The notes beneath the pieces were generated by a model that saw only the letters and a program-made list of their open reading frames with translations, was not told the DNA's origin and did not search any database. A DNA stretch of 63,428 nucleotides, taken from Centroscyllium fabricii (taxonomy: Eukaryota). Position 1 is the stretch's first letter; every line of letters starts with the position of its first letter. This document shows positions 25,501 to 37,500 of this stretch, in pieces. The position numbers and the translations under genes are program-made. Location: positions 1 through 63,428 of the forward strand of contig JBNRSN020001083.1 in NCBI GenBank assembly GCA_051313645.2, written 5' to 3'.

Positions 25501-28500
25501 ATGAAAATCTTTTTTCTTTATTCAGGCATCACGACTGGGTGGGGCAGGCCCGATAGGACCAGATAGTCTCTTCTGTATGTTCAGAACAGTCATGCTCGCC
25601 CTATGAATACCCTAGCCAACAAAGTCTAGGTTCACAGTCTCTGGGAACTGTCAATTGAACAAAGTACAGGAGGATACTTATACCCCAGCATGAGCCAACA
25701 TTGAGAAAATTAAAAAGGTATATTGAGAGGGACTGAAATTTTAGCCATCATTGCTAGTCAATGACAGATTGTACAGTGGAAAAAAACTGTTTATAGTTTC
25801 TACCGAGCTGAAAATAGGCATGGGCCCACAACACTGAACTGCCCAGCCTTGGCACACTCCCAGAGGTCAGCGGAATGGCTATGGGAAGAAATAATTCATT
25901 ATTGCGCAGTGGAAGATTATCTTGCTAGGCTGGAGAAGACAGAGGCTACTTGATGCCGACACTAGGTGCCAAAAATGGAAAATTCCATTCCTCACTTAAG
26001 AAATTATCACAGAAAAATAACCAATGCCAAAATGACTACATTGAATTGTGGTACTTTAAGATCACACTTACCAATGGTACGCTTGTCCAAATTCTCTTAT
26101 GAAGACCTGTTTGCTGGCCTGAGATTTGAGAAGTTTAAGTAGATCTTGGGTAAAGCGCTTTACTTGTGCTCGATGAGTTAACATAAGTAGGCGTTTAGTG
26201 CCCAAGCCAAGGATCTATAACAAATCATAAGGAGAAATGATGGAGACAGATTGCAGTGAAGTGGTCAGTATCCCAGAGGACAGACCAGAGAGCACATGAC
26301 TGCTTCATTGACAAGTTATGGTCGGTACTATTCCAGGAACATACGTCACATCACGAGTTTTTGTAGTATTTTATTTATGCAATTACCCACCTCCATCAAA
26401 TTTAGATTAACAAAAGGAGTCTAATTATATCACTTTTCAATCTCCTTTCAGTTTAATCAGATTATGTGGTGTGGGCTTGGAGTCTTCAAAGCACAAGTAT
26501 TCTTCAAAATAAGTTTTCAAAGGGGAAAAAAAAACAATTACCCTGTATTAAGAGTGTGACCTCGCCTTCTTGTAATATGACAAACATTTTACAGAAACTC
26601 CAATTGTGGGGAGATTTATTTCATCTGGTAGTTCGTACAAAACTCATTGCAGTGTTATTTTAATGCAGTTTAAGTCTGTTAAGAGCGGCTTAACATGTAA
26701 AAGGCAGCTTTGAAAACAGGTTGGCCAGTTGCAGTATCAGTGGAAATTAAACAATGAAGATTAAAACAATGAACTTTAGGTAGTTTCATTAGAAAATTTA
26801 CCCAAGCTAAATATGGTTAGACATGGCTTCCTAATCTTCAAAATCATTTATAATTATTAGATCCTGCATTGCATTGCTTGTGGCCTGGGTTAGGGTTAGG
26901 AGATTGGGTTCCGGTTCAGGCTGGAGCGGCCTTCATTCTGGTGGCCGCTCCTCGAGGGGACGTTCATTTGTTGAAATCGGCCACCAACCGCGGTGCCGGG
27001 AGGGAGCCCGGTAAGGCGGCAAGATGCGAGGTGCCGATCGGCCGACGGGAGTGAGAGCGGGGAGCTGAGGACTCGGGGAGATTCGGGACGGCGCCGGGCT
27101 GCGTGCCAGGCTCCAGGTTTTGGGGGAGCCTGGCACGCTGCTCCTGGAGTTCGGATCTCCGTGGATTCGGGGGAGCCGGCATAGTGTCGGGGCGAAAGGA
27201 GTCAAGTCACGAGAAACAACTGAAGGAACAGCGGCAGAGCAAGTTAACGGAGCGGTAGAGGACAATTAACATCGAACTGAGAGGCCGGAGCAGGAACGGG
27301 ACCCGCGATGATGGCGCCGGAGAATGGCTGACGTCTTGCGGGCTCGTGCGTGCCGGGCAGCTTAATGTCCTTGTTGCGCAGTGCGTTCGGATAGCAGTAA
27401 ACATTTCACTGTCTAGATTGTATTTAGTACATGTGACAATAAACTTGAACTTGGAGAGTTCTTGGCACTGTTGATCTGTGTCGGTTATTTTGTTTCTCTA
27501 ATACGTCTGTTTCTCTGTTCCTCTTTCTGCTGCTTAGATGTCTATCTGTCCCTTGATCTGCATGTTTTCCATCCAAGATAGCATTTCTTGTTTGTGTCAA
27601 TGATCACGGCACGTCTTCTACCTGCCTTTTAAAGGTACTTTGATCATTTTTGTCTCGGTTAAGGACATCTTTGGCAGTATGTCAAAGTCTTCCACTTTTG
27701 CATATCGGAGATACTGCGCTGTGGCATTTTCTGTTTTTTAAATATTTGATCTTTGTCTGCATTATTTCACTTTTGCCCTCTCTGCCTGATGTTTTATGTG
27801 GATTTTTTTGGTCTCCTTTGATCAAGTTACTGGCTGTGTGCCCTAGTTAGTGACTGTGTCCCATGTCTCCCTCTTGTCAGTCTTTGGAACAATTTGGTTC
27901 ACTGTCTGGTAGTGACTTCTCTTGTCCCCTCCCCAATTAATTTCTTCTCTCGGTTTTGTATTTGAATATCTTAGCTATAAATTCTCGGCTTGACCAGAAT
28001 CAGCTCAATAATTTTGTATGTCCTAGGATGGTTCAGGCGGTAAAAGGATGTGGAGGATCAGACAGAAAAAAAGTTAAATGGCTGTTACAGCCCGTGGGAA
28101 AAAGTGACCAGCAGCAGGCAGGAGCAGGGTTGTGCCAAGGTCAGTGGAAAGAAAGTTCAGGAGAAAGTACAAAGGCTGGCAGAGCAGAAAAGGGTCAGAG
28201 TGACACCAAGGCATTAGTACAGGGATAGCAGAACTAAAGGCTGGGAAAGCTGTTACAGCCAGTAGGAATAAAGAGGCTTTCAGGGCGTCAGACCAAGACA
28301 GGAGCCCCATCACGACAAAGACTGCAGCAGTTCCATGGAAAAGGCCAACCACCACCTCCTCAGGGTAGGTAGAGATGGACAATAAATAAGGCCTTACCAG
28401 CACCACCCACATCCTACAATGGTGACATAGGAAGAAAGGGTAATGTGAACAGGAAGCATGGGCATTCACAAGACTTAATAGATAGAAACTCCATCAAAGT

Positions 28501-31500
28501 TCACTATCATCCCAATAATAGTCATAGAGTAGTTAGATTCCCTTCCAAACATAAAACGGTCTAAAATTTGTTCAAAGTATCTTTTTTTTTTTGGATACTT
28601 GTAATTTTTTTCACCATCCCCAAATTGAGATTTAAAAGCTAAAATTACAAAATGCAACTTTTTGCCTGTACATCTTAAGAATCTAGTTCTTTGAATTGTA
28701 GAATGGCACTTGTTTAGTAACAGGAAATAGTAATGCACTCTTGATTGATAAAGACAAATCATTGCTTTTATTAAAACACAAAGAAGCTAGTAGGCATTTA
28801 CAAAACTGAACCTACTGGTAGAAAAAGCCTAGTACTGTGGTTCATGGTGAAAAATGATTTTCTAGCCACAAAACTCACCTGCAAAACATGAGGCACTGCT
28901 TCCAGCAGCTCCATTAGTTTGGAATAGCCATAGTCGGAAACTCTGCACTGCTTCCCAAAATGGTGATGGTAGGTTGGTATGAATTTGTGTTGAGATATGA
29001 AGCAGCAAATCTGGTTCTTCAGAAGATCAATTACTTCTCTACTAAATTGAATAAGCTGAGGATTTCCTACGGGACTCTTACAGTGTAGCAACCAGGGATC
29101 TATAGAATAGAATACAGGTGAACACTGATTCAGCACTTCAGGTTAGTGAACAGGAAAAAGTACTGTAATCAAATCATTACACGTTTTGATGAACTGTTCC
29201 ACAGTAATACTTCAATATTTGGGCTATAAATACGAGGCTTTACCAGAATCAGCTCAATCATTTTCATTATGAAACTAGTAGCAGCAATTTACTAATCCAA
29301 ACTTGGTCAACATGCATTAATTTTTATGCGAGATGCTTGACATTTTATATAGAAATTTTCCTCTTCAAGGGGATAATTTTAAAAAAGTGTTACGATATTA
29401 AACAACTGAAAACAAAAATCCTACAGCTGCCCACAGATAGTTTCAAATCAGATGACTGATGTGAGCATGAACTAGCTGGGCACTCTGAGCATTAAACGCA
29501 ATTTAAAACACACAGCAGCTAATAAATTCTGCAATTGTAACAAAAATACCATAAAAAGCTAAAAGACACCCTAGCACCCAAAATGACGTCATGATCCAGC
29601 CAATTCGAGCAAACAAATGCTTCATCCAGCACAGCATCAACCACAGCTTGAATGATTCCAGAGTTTGTCGCTATTACCCTACCCAGGTATTAATCATTCG
29701 GTATGACGTTCTTCCTAGCACTAATGAGCTTGCCTTTCACCAATATTCCTACCTTCCCTTGCCTTGCAGTTGTGGTTTGATTTGAACAAGTGCTCTTGAT
29801 TAACCACTTTTTATCTTGCATGTTTCCACAAGGCCTTCTCTCTATTTGCTTTCAAGGGTGAAGAGTCTGATCTTTTCTCACTTTTCAAGTCTCCTGCCAC
29901 TTGGGATAAACTTTATAGTATTTTGCCAAACCATTTTCTTGGTCAGGAGATATTTTCCTTGTGTTTTGGGGACTACAACAGAATGCAGCATTCAAGGTGT
30001 TGACTGGTCATGGTGCTATACAGCTTAAGCATGATAGTTATAAAGCCTGATTTTGTAACATAATTGAACACGGTTTGCTTTGGTGATTGCTGCTTTGTAA
30101 TGGCAGGATATGGAAACTCACAAATCATAACCATTTAATTGTACCATAAAGGCTTCACACTTTAAATATATGCTGGAAGTCAGGAAGGGAATATTTGTTA
30201 TAGCAATCCAACATTGGTGTGCCAAATACAGTAACTTTTACTGGGAAGGTGATAACCATAATCATTCATAATAGATAAAAGTTGTTCCATGGTGGACAAG
30301 CACCACTGTTCTTTTCTTCACTTTACCTTACAAAAACCCCTTCTAAATGTAGGTTTGTTGCATTGAGATTATGCCACATGCTGCCAGTGTTCATAAATTA
30401 AACATTCATTAGTTTATAATAACAGAAAATGCTGGAAAAACTCAGGAGGTCAGGCAATTTCATTGGAGAGAAATATAGAGTCGACGTTTCGGGTTTGAAC
30501 CCTTTGTCAAGACTAAAGCCAGGAAATGAAAGAGGTAGGAAGGCCGGGGGAGCTGGGAGGGAACAGAAAACAAAGAGAAGAGAGAACAAAGAGAAAAGAC
30601 GTTAAGAGGTATTCAATGCTGATGGGGCTGTGGACAGGAGACAGCTGTGGATTAGGTGTGAAAAGCACTGGCAGAATGGGAGGGGGCTGCTACGAGAGAG
30701 AAAAGAAACAAAAAGGCCAAATAAAAGGTGTGGATAAAGAGGTAAAAATATAATGGGGGCCGAAGTTATGATCAGAAATTGTTGAACTCGATATCGAGTC
30801 CGGAGGGCTGCAAAGTGCCTAATCGGAAGATGAGGTGTTGTTCCTTGAGTTTACAAGGAACAATGTAATAGGCCAAGGACAGAGAGATCAGAGTGGGAGT
30901 GAAGCGGAGAATTAAAGTGACAGGCGACCGGGATCCCCCTTACGGACGGAACGGAGGTGTTCCGCAAAGCGGTCACCCAATCTGCGTTTGGTCTCCCCAA
31001 TGTAGAGGAGACCACATTAGTTTATTTCTGATTCAATTCAATGTCAGCTAACTATATATCTATACATTAAATGACATACAACTGCTTATCTTCCATTATA
31101 AATTACTATGTCCACACGTATAATGAAAACTTAACATGCTGCAATTGCACGCTCCTTGTTATGGGATATTGCAGTGCCACCACTGGCAGAAGAGTGCAAT
31201 TACAATGCAACAAGTTTCCATAGCCAATTTCTGTTATAAATGTGGGGCATGAAAACTTACATTGGAAATATAAAGATAAAATGCATGACTAAGATGTCTG
31301 AATTATGTCTGTCCGCCTTCTTCCAATTAGCTTCCATGCTCTAACCGAGCTTTACCTAGAAGACCATTCTTGGTTTTGACTTCCTGTGTGCAATGCACAG
31401 CAGCCTTTAAAAGACTGGGTAAGGTTACAATTTCACTTCAGATACAAGACAATGATAATGCATTAAAACAGTTGCACAGCTTGTAGAAGTACTTAATAGA

Positions 31501-34500
31501 CTGAAAATTACAACTTTATTTCAAATAAATCAGAACCACCATACCAATTATGTCCACTGATAGGTTACAGATTAATCCAGGTTTTTCCCCATTGCTTGCT
31601 TTAAGTGGAAAATTTGTGTCAGCTTACCCGCATTAGGAGGTGGTGGCTTGTTATGCACCCATTTTACAACTTTCGTGCCATTCTGCGCAGTAACAATGTT
31701 AACACCAGGGACGCAGGTTATGAGGTGCTCCAAAGGAACACCACCTTCTCCCTCCTCCACTACACTCAGAACAGTGAACTCTGCAGCATAACAGTCAAGA
31801 AAGCTACAGAAAAAGAAAGTCAGAATTAAATTTTTTAAAGATAAAAATAATCGCATTGAAAATAGTATTTATATATGGCAAGGATACAACCAAAACAAAA
31901 TCAAAAATACATTAATTAAATGAATAAAGCCCTGCCTACCTATATACAGCAAGGAGGCTTAAAAAGCTCATGTGAATACTGGAACACAGGCCGCGATCGG
32001 AGAACAAAATAAAAATGGATCTTTTATCATAATGCGAGTTCATTTTCATTTACACTGTGAAAATTACCCTACAAGAGGTAGGCATCTTTTAATGTAAATC
32101 AGGGCCAATGTGATCTCCTGGACTAGTTTTGATCACCCAAGGGCAAAGAGGAGTTTTCCATTCTTTTGACCCCATTGGCCTGGGTTTTCACCTCTCCCAG
32201 GAGATTACATAGCTGCAGTCAAGTGGGGTGTGTAAGTATTGTGATGCACAAGGCATCACAACTGCGTGGGACAGGCTGAATAGACCAGCAAGTCTTTTTC
32301 AACCTGTCAGTTTGACATATTTGTAATTCACCCTGAACAGCTCAGCGTGTAACTGAGTTGGGGAGTCAGTGATGGGAGGTCAACGACACCGAGGAGATGG
32401 ACTAGGAGAAGTGTCTTTACATAGGTCTGGTGGAGCATGGAATGGTTAAGGGGGAGAGACCACTGCATCTTTTAAGGAAAAAAAGATAAATATTTGAAGC
32501 AGAGGAAGATAAAAGGCTATAGGGAGAAACTGGGGCACTGGAGTGAGTCTTGGACTGCTCCAGCAAAGAGCCAGCACACACATGATGCCAAGTGGCCTCC
32601 TGTGCTATAAACTTCTATGGCTGTATGAAAGGTACAGTTCAGGAAATTCAGGTTAGGGAAGATTGTGGGAAAAGGTCAACAATTTGCAGTTCCTGAAAAA
32701 GTGATCCAGTGATTCCCCCGTTGAAATAAAATATACGTGTATGAAAAGTGGATGACGACATGACTGGGCTGAGCAACAATGCCCAATTATTTTGGCACCG
32801 TGGTGGTATTAAATATATTGTTGTCCACTTTCAGTACTTCATGCAGCACATTTTCTGTTTTATTTAACTCAAGTTATCTGCTGACACTACTGGTCAGTCA
32901 GGGAACTGCAGCAGAAAGTTTAAACACCAATTCATCAAGGTTCAAGCAATAACAATCTCAAAAATACATTTATTGGAGGAATAAGAATTGAGGCAAAGAA
33001 TTGCAAGCAGCTTTTTAAATACTTAGAGCAAGTTTGAACATGTTTGAGTTTCAGATAATTAAGATATTGGTTATTTCAATTGCCGACTATGCCATTTTGT
33101 CAAACAATTTAAAATGGAATGCACTCTGCACACTTAAATTACTCCCATGCCCCATTAAGAAGTGTAATTAAAAGTTAGATACAGTAAGTGTTGGAAATCT
33201 GTATAGATGCAAAAAGGTTAACTTGTCTTTTCTCTTTATGGATGTTGATGGACCTGCTGTATATTTCTAACATTTGTTAAATGTCAGCTTCTCTAACTTA
33301 GTAACTTCATAACTCAGTCCTTTAATTGTTGGTTCAAAATTTAGCTAGCGCCTATATTTAGCTTCAACATTAAAAAACTCAAACAGAACCTAATAAGCTG
33401 CTGCACATTTTAATATGTATGTAATATTCCAGTACAGGTACCAACTAGGATTGCGAACCCTTCTGGATTGCCGGGGAGTCTCCTGGAATGGGACATGATT
33501 CCCCTGGGTGCTGCAGCTAGCCATCGGGAGATCTTTGTGCTTTAAATTTCCCCCGGCAGCAGCCCCACCCTCTCGCGTTGTGACGTCATGGGCTGCCACT
33601 GCAGAGAAGGCTTCGGCTCAGTGACATCACCGCCACACAACAGCAGAGAGCCGGGACCAAGCAGGAGAAAGCGAGAGACTGGGATTGAGGGATTGGGCGG
33701 AGGGAGACTGCAATGGGGACCAGCATTTTCGGCGGGGCTAGGAGCAGCAATGCGGTGAGTGGAAGCAGTGTTGAGGGGGGAGCTAGTAAAAAACAGGGGG
33801 GGGGCGGAGGAGCAGTGAAACCAGGGGACAAATATAGAGGACTTTCACTGAAGAACCAATGAGCAAGTGAGAAGGATGTTTCTTGGAATGGAGGACTATT
33901 ATACCAGGGAATGCTGCACAAGTGGCTACTGATGGGGAGTTTAGATAATTTAAAGAGGATGGGATAAATATTTGTAAAGGAGGAATATAAAAGGATCTGG
34001 GGAAATGGGGTTACAGGAAAGAGCGCCAGCTTCAGCAGACACTGGGGGACGAACAGCCTCTTCCTGCTGCACTGTATTTTCTATCATTCTATGAAAGCTC
34101 TCCTTTATTGAGTTTGAGCTCAGGGAGTGGTTTCGAAATATTGATGCCAAGCTAAGTTCAGAACAATGCGCCCAGTGAGAGGTGCCCCAAACACCGATCC
34201 CACTGCCCCTTATGTAATCTCGGTTTGGTTCAGGTTGGCCTGTGCCAGGCAGTTTTGATGTGTGAAGTCCAAGTACAGATCGGCTCTGACTGAGGCTCCC
34301 AGTTCAGAGTTGTCACCTTCATACAGAGCCAGAGTCCAAGGAGATGAGAGAGCTTGGGCCGACTGAAAGTGCCATCGACCGGGGAGCCAGACCACAACCT
34401 GTGCAGGGTGATTTCAGCTGTCATTTCAGGAGAAACTCAGTGGGCTATAGGATTACAACTAGTTACTACAGGTAGGATAGTCAGATGTTACACCTATAAC

Positions 34501-37500
34501 TTCCAGTTACATATAGATGATATGAGTTATTATATTACTGTTGGTTATTAAGGGAATCTGAGTGTTACCAGCATTATTAGTTATCGATTCAATTTCAGCG
34601 AGTTACTAGTAGCTACTGGTAGAATTTAAACCTAAAAAAGGGTGGGTTTGGAGCGTGGGGCTAGTTAAATTGTTAAAAATCAGATTTCTGACCTGAACCC
34701 ACCCACTTCTGGTTTTAACGAAGGTGGGACAGGGGCGCAAGCAGCCAACTTGCTCCCAGGAGGCAGGATGTCAATTTCATTGAGGTTGCCAACCTCTTCT
34801 TTAACCTCCATTTTATTTTTAACTGCATCTGGTCAGGTTTTACATACTTCGTAAAACCCAGCACTCACAGCAAGACGGGGACTGCTGCATCCAAAAGGTG
34901 AGTGTCTTTGCACTTAGCTCCTGGATCCAGGGTCCTTACCTAAGCCAATCCCTCACGAGGCCTTCCCGGACATAACACCCCCGCACACCCCAGCAATGAT
35001 CGTAGGCCAGCCCCAACCTCTTGCCTCCACACACCCCACTCCTCCCCAAGACTACCCTGATCTCTTGCGCAAACCCCCTGCCACCGGCCCAATCTCTTGC
35101 ATCACCCCACCATCTGTCCCATAGCGACCCCAACCGCTTGCCCCCACATCACGACAGCCCCAATCTCTTGCCTCCCTCCCACCCCCAATCTTTTGCCATC
35201 CCCCCACCGTGTCCCACGATTGGCCGATCTATTGCACCCGCCCCCAACTCCCTCGATGGCCCCGATCTCGGGTCCCCCCCGCCCCCGTGGCCCCGATCTT
35301 TGACCTTCCCCTCCTGGTCCATTGACTGCCCCAATCTCTTGCCTCCCTCACCAACGATCCTCCGGATGCCAGCATCGGCCCCCACCCGATTCCTCCCTCC
35401 TCTGTGTGGCCTAGTGGCACAGGCCTACCCGCCCGCAGCCAGCCAGCCTCTCCATCTGACGGCCGCTGGCAGGAAACGGAGGCTTCAGATGCAAATCAGG
35501 CCCTGCCATTAAAAGTCGGCAGGGCCTGTGAAAACCCGTTCTTCCGGGTTTCCTGCCCACATCGGAGCCCCCCATGAATATCCAGCCCACAGTTCCTAAT
35601 ACCTCTTTCCCACCCTCTGTTCCCCTTCCTCGCCTGCTCCCGGATGGCCTCCTAGTTAGCAGAACTTCTCGTACAACAGCTGCTGGCGCGCAACCATGAG
35701 CAAAGATACTCAGCTACAGGGGAACCAATCTTTATACGGCAAATGCAGCAACATTTGCAGACATCGCATGATCAGAACGTCACGTGGTCAACCTACAATA
35801 ATGCCTCCAACTAGAGGTGGCAACCCTAGTACCTAGAAAGATGGGAGTTTACTCGCCCACATCAAATAGCCTTTTCAGTGCATTTCTGCAACTGAATGAA
35901 GGATTATATAGTGATAATTACACAATCAATAAATACAAAATTGTGGTAATAAAGCTAAAGTAGGTTTTCACTTGAATTGTTTCTGTACTGTAGCATGACT
36001 TTTGTACAGTGGTCCAACAGACCAGGGCGATTAGAGTACAGGAGTTCTGAACAGCTTATGCACATCACAAGGCAGACCTTGGAAACACTGTTGCTTTTCT
36101 CCTCAATCCCACCAATAAATTACATAAGGCAAACAAAAAAAGTACTATTTAAAAGGCAAGCACTCACCTGAGGAGGGGCACAGTACCCACATGTGTATGT
36201 AACAGGCTATGAACCTGTGGTGCAAATGTTTTTAGGGACGATATTATGAATGGTATTTTATAAGAATCTGGATCGAATTCATTTTCACTGCAACAGAAAA
36301 AGGAAACAAAATGTTATTCCAAAGAACGCACCTTCTGCATTCATCCACCTCAAATCAGGGACTGAAACAATTGCCCTCGTTAGCACATTAACACATCTCT
36401 AACTACTTTTTGAAGTGCAGTGACTTGCGCAAATGTATCATATTATAGATACAAAATAGATAATATTCATTATTTTCAGGCAATTGTTACAGGCAGCAAA
36501 AGCTGTCAAGAAGGAGTTAGAGATATAGAGATATATTTCTTACGGCTAAAGGGATCAAGGGATATGGAGAGAAGGCAGGGACAGGGTACAGGTTGAGCAC
36601 CGTTAATCGGGCAACCGAAAAGCCGGCAACTTCAGTCGTCTGGCACAAATCGCCCTGACTGCCCTGCGCAAAACGGCGAGCGCATGCGCAGATCATTCGC
36701 CGAAGTCTCGATCGCGGTGGCCATTTTGCGCATGCGCAGGGCAGCCGGGGCGAGCAGACAGGCAGGAGAGGACAGGCGAGAGAGAGCAGCAGAGCCCACT
36801 CCAGCCTTTGATCCCGACACATTCACACTCGCCGTCCCGATGGCTTCAGGAGACGCTGACCCCATGGAAGGCAGCAGCGGCTTCAACAGCGACTCAGACT
36901 CGGGAGGCCGAGAGCTCCGGCACCTCAGAGTTGCTGGGAGACGAGGAGGAGGCCTTCTCCAATCTGTCGGATGAGGAGCAGATGCCCGACATCGAGGGTA
37001 TAACTTCGAGGCGGTCATTTCCCATGATCTGCGCAGGCGCTCGCCGTTCGGCAGCGTATACATGCGCCCATTTTGAATGGTGCGCGCTTGCGCACTTGGC
37101 CAGCTTCATTCTCCCGGTTTTTTCAGTATACCGGCGCAGGCCTAGTCCCACCGTGCCGGATTAACAGTGCACAACCTGTACTGAATTTGGATGATCAGCC
37201 ATTATCTCATTGAATGGCTCAAGGGGCCGAATGGCCTACTCCTGCTCCTATCTTCTATGTTTCTATGATGCTTATTAACAGTTTAACATAAAATAGACCA
37301 TCTATCGACAGGATGTGGACAACTACCAACAGAAACACGATTCCTACCTACAGCCATTATCGGAGCAGTGCTGTTTGCAGATTGGTTCATGGTATTCTAG
37401 TTCTTCAAATATCACTGGGCTGCAATTGGCTGATGAACCATCATATGACAATACAGAACCCAATGGGCTCTGCCTAGCCTGACTGCTGGGCAGGAGACAA

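Noticed and set aside
26870-27450. CpG-rich stretch as an internal promoter or separate gene
   Set aside because: Ends in an aataaacttgaacttg retroposon-like tail and its ORFs are uninformative; probably a young TE that I could not classify
35021-35512. 163-aa proline-rich ORF
   Set aside because: C-rich low-complexity interior of a repeat element
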